DNA of 64,000 bases. It comes from a virus. Shown here one piece after another: positions 8,776 through 18,584 of the stretch. The notes under the pieces were generated by a model. The model was not told the origin of the DNA and did no database searches. It was given only the letters and a program-made list of their open reading frames with translations. Both the position numbers and the translations under genes were made by a program. The stretch is taken from the IMG/VR virus record IMGVR_UViG_3300027754_005993, positions 53,773-117,772 of that record; one strand, written 5' to 3'. The first letter of the stretch is position 1; every line of letters begins with the position of its first letter.

Positions 8776-10344
8776 ATGGCATTTGATATTTTTGGTTTTT
8801 CTTTTGGCAGAAAAGATGAGGGATTATTCCCAGATGGTGGGTTGACGGGTTCATCTCCGTCAACCCTATCTTTTACTGCACCTGAAAATTATGATGGAAC
8901 GCAAGTACTTGAAACAGGTGGATTTATGTCCTCTGTTTATGACTTTGGCGGTTCTTTCATAGATGAAAATTCTTTGGTACGGCAATACCGTGGTATGTCG
9001 CTTTATCCAGAAGTTGATATGGCAATTGAAGATATAGTAACTCAAGCAATAACTTATGATAAGCAAAACATATCACTTAGATTAGATTTGAACAATACTG
9101 AATTGTCTGATAATATTAAATCCAAGATTAATTTAGAATTTATCAATATTTTGAAACTGTTAGATTTTAAGAACAGAGGATATGATATTTTTAGAAGATG
9201 GTATGTGGATGGACGAGTATATTTTCAAAATATTATTGATATGGAACATCCAGAAAAAGGCATCCTTGAACTTAGAGCAATAGATCCTATAAAGATCAGA
9301 AAAATCAGAAAAGTTCAAAAGGAAATAAAAAGAGTAAACAATACTACTGTTCCTATTGTTAAGAAAGTGGAAGAATATTTTGTATATACTGATTTTGAAA
9401 TGAGTTCTGTAGCAACTTCAGCAACATCAAATGTTGGTGTTAAGATTGAAGTTGATGCAATCACATACGCACATTCAGGATTGGTTGACCAGACCTCTAA
9501 GAGAATCGTAGGATTCTTACACAAGGCAATTCGTCCATTGAACATGCTTCGTCAGACCGAAGATGCGATGGTCGTATATCGCCTCGCTCGCGCTCCAGAG
9601 CGTAGAGTGTTTTATATTGATGTAGGAAATCTGCCTAAACAAAAGGCAGAAGAATACATTAAGACTCTGATGACTCGCTATCGTAATAAACTTACATACG
9701 ATTCTGCTACAGGAGACATCAAGGATCAAAAAAACCATATGTCAATGTTAGAAGACTATTGGTTGCCTCGTAGAGAAGGTGGTAAGGGAACTGAGATTCA
9801 GACTCTTCCAGGTGGACAAAATCTTGGAGCAATGGAAGATGTTGAATATCTTCTGCGTAAGGTATACCGAGCACTCAATGTTCCACTGACCCGAATGGAA
9901 GTTCAAAGCGGATTCAATCTTGGTCGCAGCAGCGAAATCACAAGAGATGAAGTTAAATTCTATAAGTTCATAGAGCGTCTTCAGAATAAATTTAGCAATA
10001 TGTTCATAGACATTCTCAAGAAGCAATGTATTCTTCGTGGAATTCTAACTCCAGAAGATTGGAAGAATATATATCAAGATATCAACATAGTTTATAGCAA
10101 GGATTCATATTTTACCGAACTCAAGGAAAATGAAATTCTTAATGAACGAGTTAATATGTTGAATGTCCTTGGAAATTATAATGGCATGTTCTTCTCAACG
10201 AATTATATTAGAAGAAACATTCTAAAGCAGACAGATGAAGAAATAGCAAAAATGGATATAGAAATTGAACAGGATAGACAAAAGCAGTTACAACAACAAC
10301 TACAAATGCAGCAAATGGGTCTGGACCCACAGCAAGAAAAATAA
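8776..10344 (+). CDS. gp20: Portal vertex protein gp20
   Basis: FRRWYVDGR, YRLARAPERRVFYIDVGNLPK, EDYWLPRREGGKGTEI.TLPGG. Confidence 0.97.
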   Translation: MAFDIFGFSFGRKDEGLFPDGGLTGSSPSTLSFTAPENYDGTQVLETGGFMSSVYDFGGSFIDENSLVRQYRGMSLYPEVDMAIEDIVTQAITYDKQNISLRLDLNNTELSDNIKSKINLEFINILKLLDFKNRGYDIFRRWYVDGRVYFQNIIDMEHPEKGILELRAIDPIKIRKIRKVQKEIKRVNNTTVPIVKKVEEYFVYTDFEMSSVATSATSNVGVKIEVDAITYAHSGLVDQTSKRIVGFLHKAIRPLNMLRQTEDAMVVYRLARAPERRVFYIDVGNLPKQKAEEYIKTLMTRYRNKLTYDSATGDIKDQKNHMSMLEDYWLPRREGGKGTEIQTLPGGQNLGAMEDVEYLLRKVYRALNVPLTRMEVQSGFNLGRSSEITRDEVKFYKFIERLQNKFSNMFIDILKKQCILRGILTPEDWKNIYQDINIVYSKDSYFTELKENEILNERVNMLNVLGNYNGMFFSTNYIRRNILKQTDEEIAKMDIEIEQDRQKQLQQQLQMQQMGLDPQQEK

Positions 10345-10370
10345 AATAATATATAAATTAGGAGAACCCC

Positions 10371-10895
10371 ATGTCAAATAGCAAACAAATTATAGAATCA
10401 CTTTTTGCCGACGATCTATACACAGCAAAAAAAGCAATCACCGAAGTACTCACTAGTAAAATGGCACAAGCATTAGAAGAAAAATTAATTGATTTTGCGC
10501 CAGAAGTTTTCAATGAAAGCTCAAAACCAGATTTCCTTGATCTTGATAGAGATGGAAATAAAACAGAACCCATGAGAAAAGCAGCCAGGGATAAAAAGAA
10601 AGTGGGTAAAAGAGTCAATATGAAAGAAGATATTGAAGATCTTGCTGAAGATTTTGAAAATCAACTTAAGTCATTAGTTGAAGAAATTGAAGAAGAAACT
10701 GGTGAACAATTATCTGAAGAAGAAATTATTGATATTGCTAATATGCTTATTGATATGATCGCTGAAGATCATGTTGATGGTGACGAAGATCACGACGATG
10801 ATGAAGACGATGACGACGATGATGATGACGAAGACAATGACGAAGACCAACCAACTGCAACCAATTATCGTCTTGGGACTAATTCCGAGTATTGA
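10371..10895 (+). CDS. Acidic prohead core protein (gp67-like position) with an EF-hand-like loop and poly-Asp tract
   Basis: Lies between portal and protease; very acidic; DLDRDGNKTE. Confidence 0.6.
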   Translation: MSNSKQIIESLFADDLYTAKKAITEVLTSKMAQALEEKLIDFAPEVFNESSKPDFLDLDRDGNKTEPMRKAARDKKKVGKRVNMKEDIEDLAEDFENQLKSLVEEIEEETGEQLSEEEIIDIANMLIDMIAEDHVDGDEDHDDDEDDDDDDDDEDNDEDQPTATNYRLGTNSEY

Positions 10896-10914
10896 ATAAT
10901 TCAGAAAGACTTCC

Positions 10915-11559
10915 ATGAAACTAATCACAGAAACCGTAGAAGATGTAGAATCCATCGTTGAATCCAACGAAGCGGGTGCTAAGACATATAAGATTCGTGG
11001 GGTCATGATGGAAAGTGATACCCAAAATAGAAATGGTCGTATCTATGAAAATAGAATATTAATCAAAGAAACTAGACGATATGTTATAGAATATGTAAAT
11101 AAAAATAGAGCAATGGGTGAATTAAATCATCCATCTGGTCCAACTGTCAATCTTGATCGCGTTTCCCACATGATTGAATCCCTTAAGGAAAATGGAAAAC
11201 AGATAATCGGGGAAGCAAAGATTATTGATACTCCAATGGGAAATATTGTTAAGAATCTAATTGATGCTGGTGCTAAACTAGGGGTATCTTCTAGAGGCAT
11301 GGGAAGTTTGGAAAAACGCAATGGTGTAAATTATGTTAAGGAAGACTTTACTCTCGCAGCAATAGATATTGTTGCGGATCCATCAGCACCAAATGCGTTT
11401 GTAGATGGCATTCTTGAGGGTAAGGAATGGATCTGGAACAATGGAATTTTAATTGAATCTGATATTGCCCATTACGAAAAACAATTAAAAAGAACATCAA
11501 ATCGTAAACTAGAAGAAACTGCTATAAACTTATTTTCTGATTTTCTGAGAAGAATATGA
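10915..11559 (+). CDS. gp21: Prohead core protease gp21
   Basis: MKLITE, NRNGRIY, GELNHP, LGVSSRGMGS, DIVADPSAP.AFV. Confidence 0.96.
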   Translation: MKLITETVEDVESIVESNEAGAKTYKIRGVMMESDTQNRNGRIYENRILIKETRRYVIEYVNKNRAMGELNHPSGPTVNLDRVSHMIESLKENGKQIIGEAKIIDTPMGNIVKNLIDAGAKLGVSSRGMGSLEKRNGVNYVKEDFTLAAIDIVADPSAPNAFVDGILEGKEWIWNNGILIESDIAHYEKQLKRTSNRKLEETAINLFSDFLRRI

Positions 11560-12479
11560 ATAATAATAAAAAACTATTATCGGAAGAAGCAATATCTGCA
11601 ATAAGATCTAGAATTCCTACTATGTCAAAGGACATTCATGAAGGAATAGTCAGTGATATTGCGGGTCTTGCCAGAGTTGCAGGAAGTGCAGTCGCAGCAG
11701 GTGCTAGAGTTGGAGCAGATGCGCTTGCTAGAGGTACTGGAACTGTAGCAGACGCTGCATTGAGAGGCACTAGAACTGTAGCAGACGCTGCATTAAGAGG
11801 TACTGCGGTTGGAGCAGCTGCGGTTGGTAGAGGCACTAGAACTGTAGCAGACGCTGCATTAAGAGGTACTGCGGTTGGAGCAGCTGCGGTTGGTAGAGGC
11901 ACTAGAACTGTAGCAGACGCTGCATTAAGAGGCACTAGGGTTGGAGCAGCTGCGGTTGGTAGAGGCACTAGGGTTGGAGCAAGAGGTGCATGGAGAGGCA
12001 CTAAGGCTGTAGCTAGAGTTGTTGGCAAAGATATTGCTAAAGATATAATTTGGGGTGGTATTAAGGCAGGAGCAGCAGAACAGGCTGCTATCGTTGCAGC
12101 ACACACACATCAAGAATTAAATAGACATCAGCATATTCTTGAACAAACTTATGCTCAAAGACTGGGAATGAGTCATGCAGCTCTACGAAATATATTGGCA
12201 AATGCTCCAGATCAACAACCAATTGCTCCAAATTTATTCATTCCTTTGCCGCGCGGAGTAAGTGCCAGAGATTTGAAAACGGATTTTGATCAAAAGCGTA
12301 GTTTATGGAATGCCAAAGTAGATTTATCTCATTCAATTGCTGGTATTCACGCAGCAGATCCAGAGTTACGACGAACAGCAAATTTTGTAAATGCATCGCG
12401 ACGATCATTAGCACGAACAGCAAATATACAACACCAGGAACCTTGGTGGACAAATCCACAGGCATATAACAGAGTATGA
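11556..12479 (+). CDS. Ala/Gly/Arg-rich 11-residue-repeat protein, putative internal head protein
   Basis: 307-aa ORF coupled to gp21 (ATGA overlap); nine RGTxxxxxxxx units. Confidence 0.6.
   Translation: MNNNKKLLSEEAISAIRSRIPTMSKDIHEGIVSDIAGLARVAGSAVAAGARVGADALARGTGTVADAALRGTRTVADAALRGTAVGAAAVGRGTRTVADAALRGTAVGAAAVGRGTRTVADAALRGTRVGAAAVGRGTRVGARGAWRGTKAVARVVGKDIAKDIIWGGIKAGAAEQAAIVAAHTHQELNRHQHILEQTYAQRLGMSHAALRNILANAPDQQPIAPNLFIPLPRGVSARDLKTDFDQKRSLWNAKVDLSHSIAGIHAADPELRRTANFVNASRRSLARTANIQHQEPWWTNPQAYNRV
11730..12026 (+). repeat. 33-bp coding tandem repeat (~9 units, with a 66-bp higher-order period)
   Basis: Alternating agaggcactagaactgtagcagacgctgcatt and agaggtactgcggttggagcagctgcggttggt units. 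Confidence 0.9.
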
Positions 12480-12579
12480 TAAAACAAAAAATACTTAAAA
12501 ACAGAAATCTTCTAAATAGACAAATAGACAGTGTAAATATTAATTCATCTAAATACTTTTAAACAATATGGAGAACCAC

Positions 12580-13593
12580 ATGGCAGATAATAACCCATAC
12601 GCAGAATACTCATCAACAAAACTTTATATGGACGCTACTGGAAAGGGAGCAAAGATAGCAGAACCTATTGCTAATCCAGCAAACTCAGCAGTCGCAAGAC
12701 ACACAGGAGCCCCTATGACTGGAGCAGCAAATCAATTACAAGACGATTATCTTGAAAGTTTGTTCAATGGTGAAAACTTAAGTGAAGAATTCAAACTTAA
12801 GGCAGAAACCATTTTTCAAGCAGCAATCAATGAAAAAGTTGCTATAATTGAAAATAACATCCTTGACGCAGCAAAAGAAATAATTCAAGAAAACGCACAG
12901 AATCAACAAAACTCACTCGTTGAGCATGTTGACGGTTATCTTAATTATGTAATTTCTGAGTGGATGGAAGAAAACAAAATAGCAATTGAACGCGGTCTTC
13001 GCACTGAAATTGCTGAAAACTTCATTCATGGACTTAAGTCATTGTTTGAAACTTCATTCATTGATGTTCCAGCAGAGAAGTATAATATTCTTGATGATCT
13101 CTATGAAGCAAATGAAGAACTTCAGAAGAATGCTAACAATTTGATAAAAGAAAATATTCAACTCAAAAATGAGATCACTGCTCGTCTTTGTGCTGAAGCA
13201 TTTATGGAAGAAGCAGCAGGACTTGCTGACACTCAAATTGAAAAACTTGCTAAACTTTCAGAAGGAATTGAATTTACAAATGTAAATCATTACCGTGAAA
13301 AAGTTTCATTGTTGAAAGAATCGTATTTTGGTCAAAGAATGTCTTCAACACCAGAAACCACCTACTATACACCACAATCAGCAGGACAAATGTTGACTGA
13401 AGATTCATCCTATGTTTCTGCGGAAACATCAGATTCAGCAATGAATAATATCGTTAACGCCATCACAGCAATTAACAAGAATAGACCAGCAAGACCCGCA
13501 CTTAAGTCATTAAGTGATTCACTAGTAAATACTCGTATCCAATCAATCATGAACCCAAATATGGGTCTGTCCCCCAAGGACAATTTGTTCTAA
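12580..13593 (+). CDS. gp22: Prohead core scaffold gp22
   Basis: LSEEFK.KA.TIF.AA, VDGYLNYV..EWM.EN, GLR.EIAE.F..GLK.LF; upstream of gp23. Confidence 0.92.
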   Translation: MADNNPYAEYSSTKLYMDATGKGAKIAEPIANPANSAVARHTGAPMTGAANQLQDDYLESLFNGENLSEEFKLKAETIFQAAINEKVAIIENNILDAAKEIIQENAQNQQNSLVEHVDGYLNYVISEWMEENKIAIERGLRTEIAENFIHGLKSLFETSFIDVPAEKYNILDDLYEANEELQKNANNLIKENIQLKNEITARLCAEAFMEEAAGLADTQIEKLAKLSEGIEFTNVNHYREKVSLLKESYFGQRMSSTPETTYYTPQSAGQMLTEDSSYVSAETSDSAMNNIVNAITAINKNRPARPALKSLSDSLVNTRIQSIMNPNMGLSPKDNLF

Positions 13594-13639
13594 AATTTTT
13601 AAAAAACTAAATACTAAAAAGGAAATAGGAGAGAAAAAC

Positions 13640-15127
13640 ATGTCAAATGAATTCAATCAAAGTACCGCAGCAGATCTTCTTGTTGAAAAATGGGCTCCAG
13701 TTTTGGACCACGAATCTTTACCAACAATCGGAGATGCCCATAAGCGTAGAGTAACGGCAATTCTTCTTGAAAACCAAATCAAGGCAATGTCTGAAGAAAG
13801 AGTAACAGGTAACACTAGTCTCTTTGAAAATACAATGGGACCAGTCGGTATGGGTGGTAATTTTACCACAGGTCAAGTTGGCGCAGCAGGTAACTTTGCT
13901 GGATACGATCCAGTAATGATTTCACTTGTTCGTCGCGCAATGCCGAATGTTGTCGCCTACGATATTGCAGGCGTTCAACCGATGAGTGCTCCAACAGGAC
14001 TCATCTTTGCAATGCGTGCTCGTTACGGCAATGATTCTGGTGGTTATACACAAGGAACCGAAGCACTCTTTGACGAACCATGGGCTAAATTCTCTGGTGT
14101 ATGTGGTGCATCTGGTCCTGGTGGAGCTGGATATGCAAGTATTCTCGCTGGGTCATCCGCTGGTGTTCTTAGTGGTGTTCTTGGGACCGCAGGTGCTACA
14201 TATATCACTCGTGTTGATCCCTTCACAGCATTCCGTGGAATGTTGACCTCAACTGCTGAAACTCTCGGTGCGTCTCCATCAACAACGGATTTCCGTGAAA
14301 TGGCATTCAGCATTGAGCGTGTCGCAGTACAAGCTCGTTCACGCGCTCTGAAAGCAGAATATACCACAGAACTTGCACAAGATCTTCGTGCAGTTCACGG
14401 TCTTGATGCCGAAGCAGAACTCGCTAATATTCTCTCAGTTGAAATCATGAATGAAATCAACCGCGAAATTCTCCGAGCAATGTATTTTGTTGCTAAGACA
14501 GGTTGCGTAAATGACGATCTTGCTGGTTATGGATCAGTTGCTACACCAGCTGGCGGCGTATATGATCTTATCCAAGATTCTGACGGTCGTTGGTCAGCAG
14601 AACGCTATCGTGGTTTGATGTTCCAAATTGAACGCGAAGCAAATCAAATTGCTAAGGATACTCGTAGAGGTAAGGGTAACTTCATCGTATGCAGTGCAGA
14701 TGTTGCATCAGCACTTGCAATGGGTGGATTCCTTAATCTCTCACCAGCACTCAATGTTGATATGCAAGTAGATGATACTGGTAATGTCTTCGCTGGTGTT
14801 CTTAACAATAAGTTTAAGGTATTCATTGATCCATTCGTTGCCAACAATGTCAACTTTATCACTGTTGGATACAAGGGAACCTCACCATATGACGCAGGAT
14901 TCTTCTACTGCCCATATGTTCCACTACAAATGGTCCGTGCTGTTGGCCAAGACACCTTCCAACCGAAGATTGGTTTCAAGACTCGTTACGGTCTTGTCGC
15001 CAATCCGTTCGCTCAAGGTCGCGATGCATTTACATCAACACAACTTGGCAACGATGGTCTAGTTGCATCTACAAATGCATACTTCCGCCTCTTCGCAGTC
15101 AAGAATCTCCACGGCAATACCGCCTGA
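13640..15127 (+). CDS. gp23: Major capsid protein gp23
   Basis: EKW.PVL, DPV.ISLVRR.MP, GVQPM..PTGLIFAMR, SRALKAEY..ELAQDL, YCPYVPLQ, FQPKIGFKTRYG. Confidence 0.98.
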   Translation: MSNEFNQSTAADLLVEKWAPVLDHESLPTIGDAHKRRVTAILLENQIKAMSEERVTGNTSLFENTMGPVGMGGNFTTGQVGAAGNFAGYDPVMISLVRRAMPNVVAYDIAGVQPMSAPTGLIFAMRARYGNDSGGYTQGTEALFDEPWAKFSGVCGASGPGGAGYASILAGSSAGVLSGVLGTAGATYITRVDPFTAFRGMLTSTAETLGASPSTTDFREMAFSIERVAVQARSRALKAEYTTELAQDLRAVHGLDAEAELANILSVEIMNEINREILRAMYFVAKTGCVNDDLAGYGSVATPAGGVYDLIQDSDGRWSAERYRGLMFQIEREANQIAKDTRRGKGNFIVCSADVASALAMGGFLNLSPALNVDMQVDDTGNVFAGVLNNKFKVFIDPFVANNVNFITVGYKGTSPYDAGFFYCPYVPLQMVRAVGQDTFQPKIGFKTRYGLVANPFAQGRDAFTSTQLGNDGLVASTNAYFRLFAVKNLHGNTA

Positions 15128-15151
15128 TAGAGATCAGTAAATAATTAAGAA

Positions 15152-15185
15152 GACCCAGGGATGAAAGTCCCTGGGTTTTTCTTTT
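15152..15185 (+). terminator. Rho-independent terminator after gp23
   Basis: ACCCAGGGAT-GAAA-GTCCCTGGGT stem-loop followed by TTTTCTTTT. Confidence 0.85.
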
Positions 15186-15192
15186 ATAAATA
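15185..15192 (+). promoter_or_regulatory. Late promoter TATAAATA upstream of the gp3-like gene
   Basis: Exact consensus immediately after the terminator. Confidence 0.7.
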
Positions 15193-15197
15193 CTAGT

Positions 15198-15788
15198 ATG
15201 CCAAACAACAATCAGCAGATAATCCGAGATAATGTTCCAGCGAGCATTTTAAAAGATTTGCCTGGAGATATGTTATTTGAAAATAACTTTCAACCAACAA
15301 CAAATAATACTTTAACAAATAATAAGTTTAGATTTGTTATGACTCGTTGCCCAACTATGACATATTTTTGCCAAAGAGCAAATGTGCCATCATTGAGTTT
15401 TGGAACAAGTATTCAATCAAATCCAACTGGTGTGACAATCAAAAGACCAGGAACCTCCTATGTCTATGAGGATCTACAAATAGGGTTTTCTGTTGATGAA
15501 AATATGAAAAATTGGTTAGAAATTCACAACTGGATAAAGGATCTTGGTGTATCGTACAATAGCGCAACTGAAGTTTTAAATGAACATCAAAAGGTAGCAA
15601 GCGCATATTTACTTGTATTAAATAGTGCGTATAGACCAATGATTTCTTTTACATTTAAAAATGTATATCCAACATTTCTAAGTGGTATTGATTTTGATTC
15701 ATCATTAGCAGATACCGACACAATCATAGCAACCGCAACATTTTCGTACACTCACTATGAAGTGAATGTATTCACAAGCGAACCTTAA
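15198..15788 (+). CDS. gp3: Tail tube terminator/completion protein (gp3-like)
   Basis: N.L..N.FRF...R.P...YFCQ.AN.PS, F.VDE.MKNWLEI.NW, F.N.YP..LS...FD; position after gp23. Confidence 0.8.
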   Translation: MPNNNQQIIRDNVPASILKDLPGDMLFENNFQPTTNNTLTNNKFRFVMTRCPTMTYFCQRANVPSLSFGTSIQSNPTGVTIKRPGTSYVYEDLQIGFSVDENMKNWLEIHNWIKDLGVSYNSATEVLNEHQKVASAYLLVLNSAYRPMISFTFKNVYPTFLSGIDFDSSLADTDTIIATATFSYTHYEVNVFTSEP

Positions 15789-15799
15789 TCCCCTATACT
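15771..15799 (+). promoter_or_regulatory. Sigma70-like promoter for uvsY (TTCACA-17-TATACT)
   Basis: Near-consensus boxes; ATG 8 nt after the -10 box, no SD. Confidence 0.45.
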
Positions 15800-15806
15800 T
15801 TACATT

Positions 15807-16241
15807 ATGAACATTGACCAAATAAAAGCACAAGCGGAACTTGATACTGTAATTGATGTCAACCACCTAGACGAAGAGTCTACGAAGGTTCCTCAGATTC
15901 ACAATAAATATCTTTGTATTCTTATGGATGAGAAACTCGTTCTTGAAAACTTTGAATCTAAACTCAAAGTACTCAAGCGTGATAAATGGTTATATTACTC
16001 TGGCAAATTGTCAGAAGAAGAACTAAAGAAGAAAGGTTGGGAACCATTTGGTCTTAACATTCTTAAGCAAGATCTTGATCGGTTCATTGACAGCGATTCT
16101 GAAGTCATTAACCTTTCAAATAAAGTATTTCTTCAAAAAGAAAAAGTAATATACATTGAAAGTGTCATCAAGATCATTTCAAACAAAATGTGGAATATTC
16201 GTTCAGCCATTGAATGGATTAAGTTTACCCAAGGCGTATGA
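15807..16241 (+). CDS. uvsY: Recombination mediator UvsY
   Basis: P..H.KY, KWLYYSGK, LK.D....D.D, W.I..AIEW.KF..G. Confidence 0.9.
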   Translation: MNIDQIKAQAELDTVIDVNHLDEESTKVPQIHNKYLCILMDEKLVLENFESKLKVLKRDKWLYYSGKLSEEELKKKGWEPFGLNILKQDLDRFIDSDSEVINLSNKVFLQKEKVIYIESVIKIISNKMWNIRSAIEWIKFTQGV

Positions 16242-17686
16242 TTAAGATACATCAAGTAGATTCTGTGTATATCGAAATTGAGTGCGAGAAAGGTATCGCC
16301 AAGGAGTTATCCTCATTCTTTACCTTCAATGTACCAAATTCGCAATACAATCCAGCATTTCGCAAGAAGCGTTGGGATGGCAAGATTCGTTTGTTCAGTA
16401 TTCTTACAAACAAAATCTATGCTGGATTGCTTTCATATGTTCTGACATTTGCTTCTGATCGTGGTTACAAAGTAGAATATCAATCAAGTCTATCGCGAGA
16501 CACCACTTGCTTAGAACTGCCTACAGTCTATTCTGGAGGCAAGGTCATTCAACCGCACGACTACCAGATTGATGCGATCAAACACGCCCTTGAAAATCGT
16601 AGGACTCTCCTGATATCGCCAACGGGCAGTGGTAAGAGTTTGATCATCTATATGATTATGCTTGAACTTTTAAAGCGTACAAAGAAAAAGATTCTAATTG
16701 TTGTACCCACCACAGGACTTGTTACACAATTAAATTCAGACTTTCAAGATTATGCAAATACCAAGGCAATTGCCAAACATATTCATTTAATATATGGTGG
16801 TCAGGAAAAAACAACTGAATGTAGAGTTATAATATCCACATGGCAAAGTCTTTATACACAGGATGAAAGATACTTTGAACAATTTGATAGTATCATCGGC
16901 GATGAGTCTCATTTGTTTAAGGCAAAATCTCTAGTAAAGATCATGAGTAAATTGAAGACCTGTGAATATAGAATCGGAACCACAGGCACGCTTGATGGCA
17001 CGCAGGTACATCGGTTGGTTCTTGAAGGATTATTTGGTCCTGTGCATCAAGTCACATCTACAAAAGAACTTATAGATAAAGAAGTACTAGCTCAGCTAAA
17101 TATTGAATGTTTGATTCTTCGTTATACTGACAAAGATATACAGGAGATTAAGCGTGCAAAATATCCTGATGAAATTGAATGGTTAGTTCTCAATGATAAA
17201 CGAAATCAGTTTATTACAGATCTCGCAACTAGCATTCCTGGTAATGTGCTCGTTCTTTTTAATTTTGTTGAGAAGCATGGAATACCTCTATATCAGAAGA
17301 TTTCAAAGGCAAGTAAGAAACAGTCATATCTTATCTGTGGTAAAACCGAAATTGAACAAAGAGAAGAAATACGAAAGATTGTAGACAAGGGCAACAATAG
17401 CGTTCTTGTGGCATCCTATGGAACATGCAGCACAGGTATTAATATTAAAAACATTCACGCAATTGTATTTGCTTCCCCATCAAAATCAGTTGTTCGTGTT
17501 CTTCAATCCATTGGTCGTGGTCTTAGAAAGTCAGATACAAAGGAAAAAGCAACGGTATATGACATAGGAGACGATCTCAGTTGGGGCAAGTATAGAAATC
17601 ATGCTCTCCGACACCTAGATGAGCGCACTACCATATATACTAATGAAGAGTTCACATTCAAGAAAACTAAAATTAAATTAAGTTAG
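16238..17686 (+). CDS. uvsW: SF2 helicase UvsW
   Basis: WDGKIRLF, SPTGSGKS, DESH.FKA, GTTGTL, STGINIK, QSIGRGLR. Confidence 0.95.
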   Translation: MIKIHQVDSVYIEIECEKGIAKELSSFFTFNVPNSQYNPAFRKKRWDGKIRLFSILTNKIYAGLLSYVLTFASDRGYKVEYQSSLSRDTTCLELPTVYSGGKVIQPHDYQIDAIKHALENRRTLLISPTGSGKSLIIYMIMLELLKRTKKKILIVVPTTGLVTQLNSDFQDYANTKAIAKHIHLIYGGQEKTTECRVIISTWQSLYTQDERYFEQFDSIIGDESHLFKAKSLVKIMSKLKTCEYRIGTTGTLDGTQVHRLVLEGLFGPVHQVTSTKELIDKEVLAQLNIECLILRYTDKDIQEIKRAKYPDEIEWLVLNDKRNQFITDLATSIPGNVLVLFNFVEKHGIPLYQKISKASKKQSYLICGKTEIEQREEIRKIVDKGNNSVLVASYGTCSTGINIKNIHAIVFASPSKSVVRVLQSIGRGLRKSDTKEKATVYDIGDDLSWGKYRNHALRHLDERTTIYTNEEFTFKKTKIKLS

Positions 17687-17695
17687 GAACTAACA

Positions 17696-18430
17696 ATGAA
17701 TCTTAAAATCCTGAAACTTAGAAGCGGTGAAGAAATAATAGGTCAGATTCTTGAAGAAACTGAATCCTCAGTAAAAATCTTTCAACCTATGTTCTTCAAC
17801 ATAATTCAATCATTTAATGATGATGGTAATCCTTGTGATATCACCACAATTCATGATTGGTTGGTAAATACCGATGAGAAAAATGTTTCATTGCCAATGG
17901 ATCATGTGGCATTCATCAGTGAACCAAATACGAACACCAAAAAACTATATGAAATTGAAAGTGTCAAAGAATTTGACAAAGATAGTTACAAGACTTCTGT
18001 CGAAGAAACAGAAAAACCACCAGCATCTTCTATTAAAATGAATGAAAAAGATGCAGATGTGTTTGGTATGTTCTTGGAACAACTTATTAATCAATCTTTG
18101 GATTATACGCGACCTCCTACTTCTCATAGAGAATCTTCTAATAGAGAAGGTCCAAAGAGAAAAAGAAAACCAAAGAAGGACTATCTTCCACCAGATATGT
18201 CAGATGAGAGCGAATTAGAGCGTCATATGATTATGATGCAACTCTACATTCCAGCTGAGGCAATTATGAATATGGTGACCAGTGGTCTTCTAGAACCAAA
18301 AGTTCTACTTGATATGGTAAAAGAAGTCAAGAAGCGTAATAAGTTCACTGGTGATGAGAAGGATCGTGGCGATTTCGGTACTAAGTTTTCCGATTGGAAT
18401 CCCGATCCTAAGTCAGATGACTATAACTAA
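17696..18430 (+). CDS. Hypothetical protein (KL.SGEEII N-terminus of the kind seen after uvsW in T4-like phages)
   Basis: 244-aa ORF with AGGA RBS. Confidence 0.7.
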   Translation: MNLKILKLRSGEEIIGQILEETESSVKIFQPMFFNIIQSFNDDGNPCDITTIHDWLVNTDEKNVSLPMDHVAFISEPNTNTKKLYEIESVKEFDKDSYKTSVEETEKPPASSIKMNEKDADVFGMFLEQLINQSLDYTRPPTSHRESSNREGPKRKRKPKKDYLPPDMSDESELERHMIMMQLYIPAEAIMNMVTSGLLEPKVLLDMVKEVKKRNKFTGDEKDRGDFGTKFSDWNPDPKSDDYN

Positions 18431-18472
18431 TAGTTAGCTACTATAGGGATCCTTCTTTATTACCACACAGAA

Positions 18473-18502
18473 ATTATACACGCAATGTACGATTCTTGTC
18501 AA
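18473..18502 (-). promoter_or_regulatory. Consensus sigma70 promoter on the minus strand (TTGACA-18-TATAAT)
   Basis: Plus strand shows ATTATA at 18473-78 and TGTCAA at 18497-502. Confidence 0.55.
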
Positions 18503-18541
18503 GCCCTTATCATCAAGTTTACCAAAAATAGTATAAAACAC

Positions 18542-18569
18542 TTGAAAGATTGGTTTTCCATGCTATACT
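18542..18569 (+). promoter_or_regulatory. Sigma70-like promoter for gp55 (TTGAAA-16-TATACT, TGn extended -10)
   Basis: Boxes in the intergenic region before gp55. Confidence 0.55.
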
Positions 18570-18584
18570 TGTATTACGAACAGG

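Noticed and set aside
11636-12106. Minus-strand 156-aa Ala/Pro-rich ORF
   Set aside because: It is the antisense shadow of the 33-bp repeat. The plus-strand ORF is coupled to gp21 and fits the operon direction.
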